A stretch of 64,000 nt of DNA from an uncultured Gemmatimonadales bacterium (GCA_963739455.1 CAVUAK010000001.1:1280001-1344000), one strand, 5' to 3'. Numbered from the stretch's first letter, positions 28,645 to 37,953 are shown. Notes: a model not told the origin generated them from the sequence alone. Program-made: numbers and translations.

Positions 28645-31600
28645 TTGCCGACGAATCCCGGACTCTACGACCTCATCGTCACCGAGGCGCTCGCCGAATC
28701 CCTCCGCGGCGTCGCCGATCATCGCCGCCAGGAGCAACCCCTCGGTGCTGAGGAAGCCGCTTCTCGCCTCGCCGACGCGTTGGGAATTCAACTGGAGCGG
28801 TTGCTCGGGGAACTGAGCGAGGAGGAAGGCGAGGGGACCCGGAAACAACTCGACCTCGTGAATGGCCTTCTCGCGCATCTGAGAGGCCTGCGAGAATCAG
28901 ACCCAGCGATTGACCTCCTTTCCGAGCCGGCCCGGGTCCTTCGAGCCATTCACCCGGTCGGCGTGGATGCGCTCCTCGCCCCGGAAACCGGGCTTGCCGC
29001 ACCCTGGCTTTTCACCGCCGGGCGAGGCTCCCCATCACTCCTGACCGAGCTTCGGCGCGAGGCTGCCGCCTGCGATCAGATCGATATCCTCGTCAGCTTC
29101 ATCACCCTCTCGGGCGTTCGGAAGCTCATCGATGTGCTGCAGACTGCCACCGCGGCCAACGCGGAGGGCATTGGCCGCACCCGTATCCGAGTTCTAACCA
29201 CCACGTACACGGGGGCAACTGAGCTCGAAGCTCTCGACGCCCTGGCTCGCTTGAACGGGTGCACGATCAAGATCTCGCTGGATGGGCGCCGCACTCGGCT
29301 CCACGCCAAGGCCTGGATCTTCAAGCGCGATACCGGCTTTGGATCAGCATATGTCGGCAGCGCCAACCTGTCTGGAGCGGCTCTCATGGGTGGGCTTGAG
29401 TGGACGGTCAAGTTCACTCAGCGCGGCCAAACCTCCCTCTTCGATCGGGCTCAAGCGCATTTCGACACTCTTTGGCTCGATCCGGAGTTCACCCAGTTTG
29501 ATCCCGACAGTCCCGAGTGTCGGGCTGCCGTGAAGGACGCGCTTCGGCGCGAGGGCGGGGAAGGAGAGCTGGGTACGCTGTCGTTCTTTGACATCGTTCC
29601 CAAGCCGTATCAGCAGGACATGTTGGATCAGCTAGAGCACGAGCGCGCCGCGGGGAGAAATCGGAGCCTATTGGTCGCTGCAACTGGGACGGGCAAGACG
29701 GTTATCGCGGCCCTGGACTACCGGAACACCTGCGCGAAGCTGGGTCACCGCCCACGGCTTCTCTTCGTGGCGCATCGGGCTCAGATCCTGAGACAGGCGC
29801 TTCGTACCTATCGGGAAGCGTTGAAGGACAACTCGTTTGGAGAGCTACTGACCGGCGGGCTTAAGCCCACCCAACACGAGTACCTGTTTGCGTCAATCGA
29901 TAGTCTCGCATCCCGAGACCTAGTGAGTCGATTTGGCCCCGGTTACTGGCACACTGTCGTCATCGATGAGTGCCACCGGATGGCGGCAGACCGCCTCGAC
30001 CGGCTCGCCACCCAGATACAGCCTAAGATCCTTCTCGGCCTGACCGCGACCCCTGAGCGGACCGACGGGCAGTCCATCCTCAAGTACTTCAGCCCTCGTC
30101 CAGACAACGCGCCGGCGGTCGAACTGCGCCTTTGGGATGCGCTCGACATGCAGCTCCTGGCTCCGTTCGAGTACTACGCCTGTGACGACGATACCGACTT
30201 TTCAGAGGTGCCCTGGAACCGGGCGGGTGAGACAGCCGCGATCGAGCAGCTCGTCACCGGGAATGACGTCCGGGCCAGGCTGGTGATCAATGAATGGCGC
30301 CGCCTCGCCGGGGACCCACGTCGGCGCCGAGCCATCGTATTCTGCGTATCGGTGGCCCACGCGGAGTTCATGACCAAGAAGTTCAATGAGGCTGGTATTC
30401 CCGCGCTCTGCATCACGGGAAGCACGCCGAAGATGGAGCAGCTTCGCGCACCTCGCGTGCTCAGAGATAAGGACGTGTGCGCCCTCGTTACGGTCGATCT
30501 GTACAATGAGGGGGTCGACCTCCCCGATGTTGATACGCTCCTACTCCTCCGACCAACCGAGAGCCCCGTTCTGTTCCAGCAGCAAATCGGTCGAGGCCTT
30601 AGGCTGGCGCCGGGGAAGGAGTCCTGCCTAGTGCTCGACTTCGTGGGCCAGCATCGAGCGGACTTTCGATTCGACAAGCTCTTAGGTGTGATCACTGGCC
30701 TTACCCGGAGCGAGCTGATCACCGCGGTGGACGAGGGATTCGGTATGCTGCCACCCGGGTGCCATATCCAGCTGCAGCGCCAGACGCGTGAGCAGGTCCT
30801 CCATAGCTTACGGGCGCTGGTCAACCAGAGCTGGAAGCGGCTCACTTCGGAACTACGGAGCTATGCCACCCTGAAAGGGTCAAAGGACGTCTCACTGGCC
30901 GCCTTTGTGAGCGAGCAGCGGCTGAGCATTGACGAGATCTACCGATCATCGTCCACGGCTCCAAGGGGGTGGACCACACTCAAGAGAGCAGCGGAACTAT
31001 TGCCGGGAGCGGCACCCGAGGGGGAAGCGAACTTTTCGCGCCGGTTCGGGGCCCTGCTCCACGCGGATGACCCAGAGTACTTAGGTCTTATCCAACGGTT
31101 GGCGGCCGCGCCGGGCACCTGGAAGCCGGCATCCGAGACCGATGCCCGGCGGGCCCAAATGCTCACCTACCAGGTCGATAGCAGCCTCAAGCCGATGAAC
31201 TGGTCGGAGATGGCTCAGCGGCTGGCGTTCCTGCCCGAATGCGCCGCGGAGCTACAAGAGCTGGCGACCATACTCTCCACGCAATCGCGGTTGGACCCGC
31301 GCCCAATCCTGGGGCTGGAGGATGTCCCCTTGGCGCTTCATGGCGCTTATCGCATCCGTGAGATCCTGACCGCCGTCGGTTTCCTGACCGTGGAGCGGCG
31401 GACGCCATTTAAGGCGGGTGTACTGCCGCTGCCTGCGCGCAAATGCGAGCTGCTATTGGTGACGCTCGACAAGTCGGATGGCTACCATGATCGAATTGCG
31501 TACCACGACTACGCCTTGAGCTCCAGCCTCTTCCATTGGCAGACCCAGAACGCTTCCGGTCCAGATACGCCTGCGGGGAAGAGGTACATCGGCAGCGGGC

Positions 31601-31791
31601 AGAATGGCTGGAGCTTTCAGCTCTTTGTTCGCACGACGAAGGATCAGCCCTATCGGGCCTGCGGCCCCGTGGTGCTGGCCGGTCCGGACGCCATTTCCGG
31701 CGACCGGCCCATGAACATCAACTGGGCGCTCACGGTCCCGTTGCCGCCGAAGCTTTTTGCGGAGTACAGTGTGCTCCGGAGCCAGGCCTAG
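28645..31791 (+). CDS. PLD nuclease - SF2 helicase - DUF3427 protein (SauUSI-like type IV restriction enzyme architecture)
   Basis: RLHAKAWIF + GSANLS (PLD), ATGTGKT, DECH, LTATPER, NEGVD, QQIGRGLR; C-terminal YHDYALS..FHWQTQN (DUF3427). Confidence 0.9.
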   Translation: MPTNPGLYDLIVTEALAESLRGVADHRRQEQPLGAEEAASRLADALGIQLERLLGELSEEEGEGTRKQLDLVNGLLAHLRGLRESDPAIDLLSEPARVLRAIHPVGVDALLAPETGLAAPWLFTAGRGSPSLLTELRREAAACDQIDILVSFITLSGVRKLIDVLQTATAANAEGIGRTRIRVLTTTYTGATELEALDALARLNGCTIKISLDGRRTRLHAKAWIFKRDTGFGSAYVGSANLSGAALMGGLEWTVKFTQRGQTSLFDRAQAHFDTLWLDPEFTQFDPDSPECRAAVKDALRREGGEGELGTLSFFDIVPKPYQQDMLDQLEHERAAGRNRSLLVAATGTGKTVIAALDYRNTCAKLGHRPRLLFVAHRAQILRQALRTYREALKDNSFGELLTGGLKPTQHEYLFASIDSLASRDLVSRFGPGYWHTVVIDECHRMAADRLDRLATQIQPKILLGLTATPERTDGQSILKYFSPRPDNAPAVELRLWDALDMQLLAPFEYYACDDDTDFSEVPWNRAGETAAIEQLVTGNDVRARLVINEWRRLAGDPRRRRAIVFCVSVAHAEFMTKKFNEAGIPALCITGSTPKMEQLRAPRVLRDKDVCALVTVDLYNEGVDLPDVDTLLLLRPTESPVLFQQQIGRGLRLAPGKESCLVLDFVGQHRADFRFDKLLGVITGLTRSELITAVDEGFGMLPPGCHIQLQRQTREQVLHSLRALVNQSWKRLTSELRSYATLKGSKDVSLAAFVSEQRLSIDEIYRSSSTAPRGWTTLKRAAELLPGAAPEGEANFSRRFGALLHADDPEYLGLIQRLAAAPGTWKPASETDARRAQMLTYQVDSSLKPMNWSEMAQRLAFLPECAAELQELATILSTQSRLDPRPILGLEDVPLALHGAYRIREILTAVGFLTVERRTPFKAGVLPLPARKCELLLVTLDKSDGYHDRIAYHDYALSSSLFHWQTQNASGPDTPAGKRYIGSGQNGWSFQLFVRTTKDQPYRACGPVVLAGPDAISGDRPMNINWALTVPLPPKLFAEYSVLRSQA

Positions 31792-31815
31792 TGCTCGTAT
31801 GCCTTCCGGCGGAGC

Positions 31816-32256
31816 ATGCTCGCCATGGCTGAGCCAGTGATAAGAGTCATTGCGGCGGTTATCCAGCGAGGAGATCGCTTCCTGGTCTGTCGGCGGCCAC
31901 TGCACAAGCGGCACGGGGGGCTGTGGGAGTTTCCAGGAGGGAAGGTCGAAGAGGGAGAAACCGACCGCCAGGCAATTGAGCGTGAGCTCCGAGAGGAGCT
32001 TGGCTTGGAGGTTGTGTCCACGGTTCCTGAGGCCTTCTCGCTTCACGATCCTGGCTCACCGTTCCTAATAGTCTTCGTTCCGGTTGAGGCCACGGGTGAG
32101 CCGGCGTGCCGAGAACATGTGGCGATGAAGTGGGGGAGCTTGGAAGAATTGGCTGCCATGCCCCTCGCCCCGAGTGACGCCAGCTTTGTCGCCTTCCTAA
32201 GCACGCATGACTCTTCAGGTGAGTCGGCGCGCCGAAGCAGTATTCGACCCAAATGA
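31816..32256 (+). CDS. MutT-like Nudix (d)NTP pyrophosphohydrolase
   Basis: WEFPGGKVEEGETDRQAIERELREELG Nudix box; LAPSD. Confidence 0.92.
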   Translation: MLAMAEPVIRVIAAVIQRGDRFLVCRRPLHKRHGGLWEFPGGKVEEGETDRQAIERELREELGLEVVSTVPEAFSLHDPGSPFLIVFVPVEATGEPACREHVAMKWGSLEELAAMPLAPSDASFVAFLSTHDSSGESARRSSIRPK

Positions 32257-32504
32257 ATAGCGATCCCAGCGCCCCGTTGGTCGCATCCTTGCCGGCCGCC
32301 CCAAGCGAACTGTCCTGAGCCCCCGCTTCGTGGACGGGCGTGTCGAGCTGGTTGAAGTCGATCTCGACGCTTGCCCGGTTCACCGGCCCGTCCCGCCGTG
32401 CGCTCATACCGTCTGGCATGCCAGTCGTGAGCGCACAACCGACTACATCTGCCGGCCAGGCGGACAGAGCTCCACGACAAGGCGGATCGTCGCGTAGGCA
32501 CCAA

Positions 32505-32526
32505 CGTCACACCCTCATTGCATCCT
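32505..32526 (+). promoter_or_regulatory. PafBC-type promoter motif CGTCAC-N10-CATCCT
   Basis: 35 nt upstream of the lipoprotein ATG; homologous to the 35019 copy. Confidence 0.6.
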
Positions 32527-32561
32527 GGTGGGCAGCAGCTCTACCCCAACCAGGAGTTCCC

Positions 32562-33623
32562 ATGCGTCGCTTGCGGATTGTGACCGCCATCTTCGCGAGC
32601 GCCTTGCTCGCCTCCTGCAGCGAGCCATCGGCTGCCCCCGAGGGGCCCGACGCTGTGGTTCCAGCTGACGGTGACTTCGAGACGGCCGAACTCCGGATGG
32701 GTCAGGTCCGCACCCGCCCGGTCTGGGTACCGCGCGGCTACACGCTGGTAGACATGAACAACCGTGGCGACCTGCTGCTCGGTGCGGCCTGGCTGCCGAA
32801 GGGCAGGGTGCGACCGCTCGCCATTCCGTTCGTGGGGCGGTCCATCAACAACCATCGACAGATCCTGGGTCCCGGGCGGAAAATCTTCAACAACGGCCGC
32901 GTCAATGAGCTGCCGGATCCATGCATCCCCTTCACAGCGCTCCTTACCGAGGATGACGGTACAACCCGGCAGATTGCCTTCGACTGTTCGCAGGTCCTGG
33001 TGCACAGCGATGCCCTCGCTGAGAATGGTGACGCAATCATCTACTACTGGCATTTTGGCGTCGCCAGTGAGCTGTCACCCTATCAGTACTTCAAGGTCTG
33101 GCGCGCAGCCGAGCGCGAGTGGAAGACGATCCGCGAGTTTGAACTTGATGAGCACATTCTTATCCATCCGGTCATCAGTGACGCCGGCGTCCTCGCCCAC
33201 ACCATGAATAACAGTGGCATCTCTCAATCACTCGTGTCTGACAGCGTTTACCTGTCGGGCGCTGAGGCTTGCCCCGGGTTTCCTGGCGCGAATACACGCG
33301 TTCTGGCCGTCAATGACGCAGGAGAGAGCGTGGGCCTGGTGTACTGCCCGGATGCGGGGAACGCTGGGGTGGGCGTCAGGTGGTCGCGCGAGGGCATTCC
33401 GACTCGGCTGGGAGGCTCTCCTTCCGTGATCGACAACTACGGGAACGCCGCAGGCATTCGCGACAGCGACGGGCACACCGTGCTCTGGCTGATGGACGGA
33501 CTGGTAATCGATCTATCAGCTGCAGCCGGGGTTCAGCCGGCGAGCGTGCGGAAGTTTCTGAAGCGGGGGCAGATCTACGGGTTCGTCGGCACGGAGCCCG
33601 TAGTGTGGCGGTTCGGTTTCTAG
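32562..33623 (+). CDS. Hypothetical lipoprotein with HAF-like extracellular beta repeats
   Basis: AGGAG RBS, lipobox LASC; repeated MNNRGD, INNHRQ, ISDAG, VNDAGE and IDNYG units. Confidence 0.7.
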   Translation: MRRLRIVTAIFASALLASCSEPSAAPEGPDAVVPADGDFETAELRMGQVRTRPVWVPRGYTLVDMNNRGDLLLGAAWLPKGRVRPLAIPFVGRSINNHRQILGPGRKIFNNGRVNELPDPCIPFTALLTEDDGTTRQIAFDCSQVLVHSDALAENGDAIIYYWHFGVASELSPYQYFKVWRAAEREWKTIREFELDEHILIHPVISDAGVLAHTMNNSGISQSLVSDSVYLSGAEACPGFPGANTRVLAVNDAGESVGLVYCPDAGNAGVGVRWSREGIPTRLGGSPSVIDNYGNAAGIRDSDGHTVLWLMDGLVIDLSAAAGVQPASVRKFLKRGQIYGFVGTEPVVWRFGF

Positions 33624-33671
33624 TACGCCGGCTGGCGTCGGGGACGGCCTGGCTCAGTTCTCCTGCCTTTA

Positions 33672-34322
33672 TCACCAAGCCTTCGTAGCGGCCAGGACCC
33701 GGGCCTCGACCAGGGCGAGAACCTGCGCTTCCGACGTCCCTCCCTTGCCCTGCAGCGCCAGCAGGAACAACTGCGCCGCATAGCACCAGGTGAGCGTGAC
33801 CAGTGCGACGGCATCGAGCCAGTTGAGCAGGTCGGTCGCAACCTTCACTTGATGGTTTCGGAGCCGTGCAGCCTTCGTCGTGCGCGCGATGTCCGCCAGC
33901 GCTTCCAGTGCCTCGGCGGTGTCCTTTACATAGCGCAGCGGCGAGAACTTGACGCCAATCTTGACGCCCGTTGCCAGCAACTCCATGAGCAGGTGCTTCG
34001 CGGCCTCCGCATCCTTGCCTTGCGATATCAAGTCGGCGGACGCGAGGTGAGCCTTGAATGCCGACAGCGACTGAACCGCCGAGATCTGGACGATCCGGTT
34101 GCCGGTTGCACTCGACCGCTGCTTTCCCGTCGCCACTGCCTTCCTGTTGTAGGCCGCGACCGCCGTCTCCAGGTGCGCGAGGCTCGCACTCATTGCGCCG
34201 AACAGTGCGTGCACCTGCTGGACCCTTACCACCAGTGCCTGGTGCGTGTCCTTGGTGACAAGTGCTCGCACCGTCCTGCGGCGGCGGGAGAGGCGGGTAA
34301 GCACTGCTGCGACCTTGGCCAT
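33672..34322 (-). CDS. Hypothetical alpha-helical protein (216 aa)
   Basis: AGGAGA RBS and TACTAT -10-like element; fills the gap without overlap. No recognised family. Confidence 0.6.
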   Translation of the reverse strand: MAKVAAVLTRLSRRRRTVRALVTKDTHQALVVRVQQVHALFGAMSASLAHLETAVAAYNRKAVATGKQRSSATGNRIVQISAVQSLSAFKAHLASADLISQGKDAEAAKHLLMELLATGVKIGVKFSPLRYVKDTAEALEALADIARTTKAARLRNHQVKVATDLLNWLDAVALVTLTWCYAAQLFLLALQGKGGTSEAQVLALVEARVLAATKAW

Positions 34323-34401
34323 GGAACTCTCCTGGAGCGGGGCACTGGGGGAGGATCACTCCAATAGTACCCCGTTCGAGAAATCGCGATCGAGCGCGCG
34401 G

Positions 34402-34899
34402 TCATGGCCTTCTGGTCAGGCCGGGCATGGCGAGGGCCGCGAGGAACCCCAGAAGCACCAACACCCCGACAGCGAGCGCGGGCAATAGCGGTCGAACACC
34501 TCCTGCGTTGACGATGGCCTCAGGGTCGGTGTGGTGTGCCTTCGTCTGGGCGAGTTTCCAGTTGGTGTGGCGATAGTAGAACCAGCTGCCGTACGCGCCG
34601 AAGAACACGGCAACCAGGAGGTTTCGTGGGATATCCAACCAGCGGGCCCCGGGCGGCACGCCCAGGAGCGCCTCAACGACGCCCCCGACAGCACCCAGCC
34701 CGATGAGCGCGACAAGGGAGATGAAGAAGTACTTGTACATCCGTCGATACAGCATCCACATGACATTGAAGAAGAAGGCTGGCCAGTTCCAGCGAAGCGC
34801 CTGCAATCCACCATTCGGGTCGGCCTCAGTCCAGGCCTGCAGGTAGTAGTCCGCGTTCGGCCCGACGAAGGCGCGAACGTCCGCTTCAGGATGCTGCAT
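34402..34899 (-). CDS. DUF2628 membrane protein
   Basis: AFVGPNADYY...W, WNWPAFFF..WMLYRRMY, YY, GG motifs. Confidence 0.85.
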   Translation of the reverse strand: MQHPEADVRAFVGPNADYYLQAWTEADPNGGLQALRWNWPAFFFNVMWMLYRRMYKYFFISLVALIGLGAVGGVVEALLGVPPGARWLDIPRNLLVAVFFGAYGSWFYYRHTNWKLAQTKAHHTDPEAIVNAGGVRPLLPALAVGVLVLLGFLAALAMPGLTRRP

Positions 34900-35018
34900 G
34901 AGACTCGCCTTTTGGGGATAGGAGAACGTACGCGGCGGTACCGCAGCGGAGAAGCATGGGACGAACGACCTATGGAGGAACGGCGCTCGGAGCCAGGTCA
35001 TCGCGCGCGGGCGGCTAC

Positions 35019-35040
35019 TGTCACACCATAGCCCCATCCT
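35019..35040 (+). promoter_or_regulatory. PafBC-type promoter motif TGTCAC-N10-CATCCT
   Basis: 36 nt upstream of the small ORF at 35077. Confidence 0.65.
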
Positions 35041-35076
35041 GGTTGCAAGAGTTCTACTCACCCAGGGGTTGCCCTC

Positions 35077-35229
35077 GTGATACTCATTCTGGTCTCGCTC
35101 TTTGTGGGCTACTTCGCGGGCTACCTGCGCGGCACCCACATCGCAGACGCCGAGTGCGCCGCGTGGCACGGCGCCTCGCCCGTAGACTGGCAGGACGGCG
35201 ACACCGTGCCCCACTGTCACAGGCGTTAG
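35077..35229 (+). CDS. Unannotated 50-aa single-TM peptide
   Basis: GTG start, AGGGG RBS-like element; MILILVSLFVGYFAGYLRGTHIADAECAAWHGASPVDWQDGDTVPHCHRR. Leader homologous to that of the 32562 gene. Confidence 0.5.
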   Translation: MILILVSLFVGYFAGYLRGTHIADAECAAWHGASPVDWQDGDTVPHCHRR

Positions 35230-35237
35230 CATACTTT
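35215..35237 (+). promoter_or_regulatory. Variant motif TGTCAC-N11-TACTTT (or N9-CATACT) before leaderless pafB-like gene
   Basis: TACTTT 35232-35237 lies 6 nt before ATG 35244; spacing is off by one relative to the other copies. Confidence 0.5.
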
Positions 35238-35243
35238 TCATGC

Positions 35244-36341
35244 ATGGCCAAACTTCAGCGCTGGGTGGACCTCCTCGCCGCACTCCTCCGGCGCCGCAAT
35301 GCCGCGAGCCTCGAGGAACTGAAGCCCGACGTCCCTGAGTACCTCAGCGCCACCAACCTCGCCGCGCTCCGTCGCATGTTCGAGCGGGACAAAGTGGAGC
35401 TCCGGGAGTTCGGCATTCCCATCGTCACCGTCTCCGACTCGGCGGGAGAAGTGGTGGGCTACCAGCTTCGCCGCGACGCCTTCTACCTCCCCTACCTGAC
35501 GCTCATGCAGGGCGCCGCCCGGAAGTCAGCGCCGCGGCGCGTCGATCGCTACGGCTATCGATCGCTTCCCGAGCTCGCCTTCGAGGCGGATGAACTCGAG
35601 GCGGTGGTCGAGGCGGCGCGCCGAGTGCAGCAACTGGGTGACCCCACGCTCACGACGCTGGCAAAGTCCGCCATGCGGAAGCTCGCGTTCGATATGCCGG
35701 TTGACCTGGGCGTGCGCGAGATGAAGGCCGTCTTCATGGGACCACTGGCAGATGCCGTTGCACCAGCAGCTCGAGCCCCCGCCGCCGACATCCTCCAGGT
35801 GCTCGACGAAGCCCTCCGGCTGCGGAAGCATGTCACCATCCACTACCACTCCATCGGCTCCGACACCCTGGGCTCGCGCGAGGTGTCTCCGTTCGGCCTC
35901 TTCTTCCTTGGCTCGCACTGGTACCTGGCGGCGCAGGAAGATCCCGCCGGTCCGGTGAAGAACTTCCGGGTAAGCCGGATCAGCGATGCCACGGTGAACC
36001 TGCGGCGGCCCGGAACACCGGACTTCGAGATTCCCGCCACGTTCGACCTCAAGACCCATGCGACTTCGCGCCACGCCTGGGAGCTCGGCGACGCAGGAAG
36101 CATCGAGGCGCTGGTGGATTTCCGCGGAGCGAGCGGCCCGACTGTCGCCGCACAGCGCCTGGGTGAGGCGGTTCCGGGTGCACCGACACAGCGGCGCTTC
36201 CGCGTGCGACGGGTCGAGCCATTCACCCGATGGCTGCTTTCATTTGCCGGCGAAGCGGTTCCGGTCTCGCCTGAGGAAGTGACCGCACCCTACCAGGAAC
36301 TGGCCCGGACCGCGCTCGCCGCCGCGAGGGAGTCCGCATGA
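35244..36341 (+). CDS. pafB: PafB-like HTH-WYL-WCX transcriptional regulator
   Basis: RRMFERDKVELREFGIPI matches the PafB-specific RMFERDKxELRxxGIP; REVSPFGL...HWYL...FRVSRI WYL domain. Confidence 0.85.
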   Translation: MAKLQRWVDLLAALLRRRNAASLEELKPDVPEYLSATNLAALRRMFERDKVELREFGIPIVTVSDSAGEVVGYQLRRDAFYLPYLTLMQGAARKSAPRRVDRYGYRSLPELAFEADELEAVVEAARRVQQLGDPTLTTLAKSAMRKLAFDMPVDLGVREMKAVFMGPLADAVAPAARAPAADILQVLDEALRLRKHVTIHYHSIGSDTLGSREVSPFGLFFLGSHWYLAAQEDPAGPVKNFRVSRISDATVNLRRPGTPDFEIPATFDLKTHATSRHAWELGDAGSIEALVDFRGASGPTVAAQRLGEAVPGAPTQRRFRVRRVEPFTRWLLSFAGEAVPVSPEEVTAPYQELARTALAAARESA

Positions 36342-37300
36342 CCGACACCGCTGCCGACCAGCTCCGTCGCGTGCTGCAGCTCATTCCGGAGCTGGCTGAC
36401 GACCAGAAGCACTCGCTCGACGGCATCGCCGATCGCCTGGGTGTTGACCGGAAGCAGTTGCTCAAGGACCTGCGGAGCCTGGCCAACCGGTTCGATGATC
36501 CCGGCGGGTTCGTGGAAGGAGTGCAGGTGTATGTCGGCAGCGACTCGGTGTCGATGCACGCCGATCACTTCCTTCGCCCCATGCGCCTCACAGTGCAGGA
36601 GCTTGGCGCGCTCGAGCTCGGCATGGCCCTGGTACGCGCCGAGCGGCCGCCAGAGGAGCGTGGAGTGGTGGATCGCGCGCGGGCGCGCCTTGCGAAGGTG
36701 CTTTCACAGACACCGGGTGACCCGCCGCCGCTCGATGTCCGCACCGCGTCCACCGGCTCCGACGCCGACAACGAGACCCTCGCTGCGGTGCGCCGAGCGA
36801 TGCGGCTCAAGCGCATGCTCAACATCAGCTATCGCAGCAGCAGCGCGAATGAGCCGAGGGAGCGCGCGGTCAGGCCGTACGCGTGTGTCTTCGCGTCGGG
36901 GGCGTGGTACCTGGTGGCCTACTGCGAACGAAGCGCGGGGCTCAGGGTGTTCCGGCTCGACCGGATCGAGGCGGTGTCGCAGGGAGAGACGCCCTACGAG
37001 ATGCCGGAAGGATTCTCACTGGATGATGTCGTGCGTGACGGTCGGGTATTCCTCGGTCAGCCCAATGAACAGGTTCGTATCTGGTATGGTCCAGCGGTGG
37101 CGCGATGGGTGGCGGAGCGGGAAGGGAAGTCGCTGGAGAAGGATGGCAGCGTGACAATCAGCTATCCGCTTGCTGACACGCAGTGGGTGGTGCGTCACGT
37201 GCTGCAGTACGGCGCGGAGGCGAGGGTGCTGGAGCCGGAGAGTGCGCGGGTGGCGGTGCGGGAGGCGCTTGAACGGATTACCTCGGCGCCCGCGGCCTAG
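36338..37300 (+). CDS. pafC: PafC-like HTH-WYL-WCX transcriptional regulator
   Basis: LRRVLQLIP...IADRLGV..KQLLKDL and RPMRLT..E (PafC-type); WYLVAYC...RVFRLDRI; VLQYGAEARVLEP; ATGA overlap with pafB. Confidence 0.85.
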   Translation: MTDTAADQLRRVLQLIPELADDQKHSLDGIADRLGVDRKQLLKDLRSLANRFDDPGGFVEGVQVYVGSDSVSMHADHFLRPMRLTVQELGALELGMALVRAERPPEERGVVDRARARLAKVLSQTPGDPPPLDVRTASTGSDADNETLAAVRRAMRLKRMLNISYRSSSANEPRERAVRPYACVFASGAWYLVAYCERSAGLRVFRLDRIEAVSQGETPYEMPEGFSLDDVVRDGRVFLGQPNEQVRIWYGPAVARWVAEREGKSLEKDGSVTISYPLADTQWVVRHVLQYGAEARVLEPESARVAVREALERITSAPAA

Positions 37301-37830
37301 GAGAGGCCCGCGAAAAGTGCCGCGACGTCGATAACGAGCGGCTCACCGACGCCTGGCGTCCACGGCAATTCGCGATCTAGAACCTCTGGCCGGTCGTCGC
37401 CCGGCGTCCAGCGCTCCACCACCCCGCCATCGATGTCCACGATCCAGTACTCAGGAACGCCCGCGCGCTGATAGAAGCGCCGCTTGAGGCCACGATCGTA
37501 GCGCGCGGTTGATGGGGACAGCGCCTCGACGACCAGGAGGGGCGGCGCATCCTCCCACCTCTCGAAGTTGATCGATGGCAGGACGAAGATATCGGGCTGG
37601 TTCACCTGGCCAGGTTCCAGCTCGAGGTCGGCCGGTGACCAGAGCGCCCGGCCCAGGCCGGCCGATCGAACGTATGGGCTGAGCACGTCGTAAAGCGCGC
37701 TGAGCACCACCTGGTGCCGAAAGGCGGGCGACGGGCTCACGATGAGCTCGCCGTCCACCAACTCGTATCGGTTGCCGTCGGCTGGGAGGTTGAGCACCTG
37801 TTCGCGGGTCCAGCGGATGGTGTCGGGCAT
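37297..37830 (-). CDS. Uma2 family endonuclease (paralog of 202-741)
   Basis: RYELVDGELIVSPSP, QPDIFV, VEALSPST, KRRFYQRAGVPEYWIVD. Confidence 0.9.
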   Translation of the reverse strand: MPDTIRWTREQVLNLPADGNRYELVDGELIVSPSPAFRHQVVLSALYDVLSPYVRSAGLGRALWSPADLELEPGQVNQPDIFVLPSINFERWEDAPPLLVVEALSPSTARYDRGLKRRFYQRAGVPEYWIVDIDGGVVERWTPGDDRPEVLDRELPWTPGVGEPLVIDVAALFAGLS

Positions 37831-37836
37831 GCCCAT

Positions 37837-37866
37837 AGCGTACGCTCGGCTCGGCGGGATTGGCAA
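37837..37866 (-). promoter_or_regulatory. Sigma70-type promoter TTGCCA-N18-TACGCT, leaderless Uma2
   Basis: 6 nt before ATG; conserved with 748-777. Confidence 0.55.
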
Positions 37867-37881
37867 GGAATGCCGGTACAC

Positions 37882-37903
37882 TGTCACACCCCCCTTCCAG
37901 ATT
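37882..37903 (+). promoter_or_regulatory. PafBC-type promoter motif TGTCAC-N10-CAGATT for vWA gene
   Basis: 50 nt upstream of ATG 37954. Confidence 0.6.
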
Positions 37904-37953
37904 CCTCCCCGGATCAGCCGCCATTCCGCGGCGCCAATGCTCAGGGAGGCACG

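Noticed and set aside
31859..32419. 186-aa minus-strand ORF over MutT and the following gap
   Set aside because: Mostly antisense to MutT, no recognisable motif; the non-overlapping part could be a remnant but is unsupported.
34956..35243. 96-aa N-terminal extension of PafB, and similar extensions of ORFs 18295, 32340, 37714 and 37297-38634
   Set aside because: These run through promoter regions or opposite-strand genes; family homology and RBS/-10 signals start downstream.
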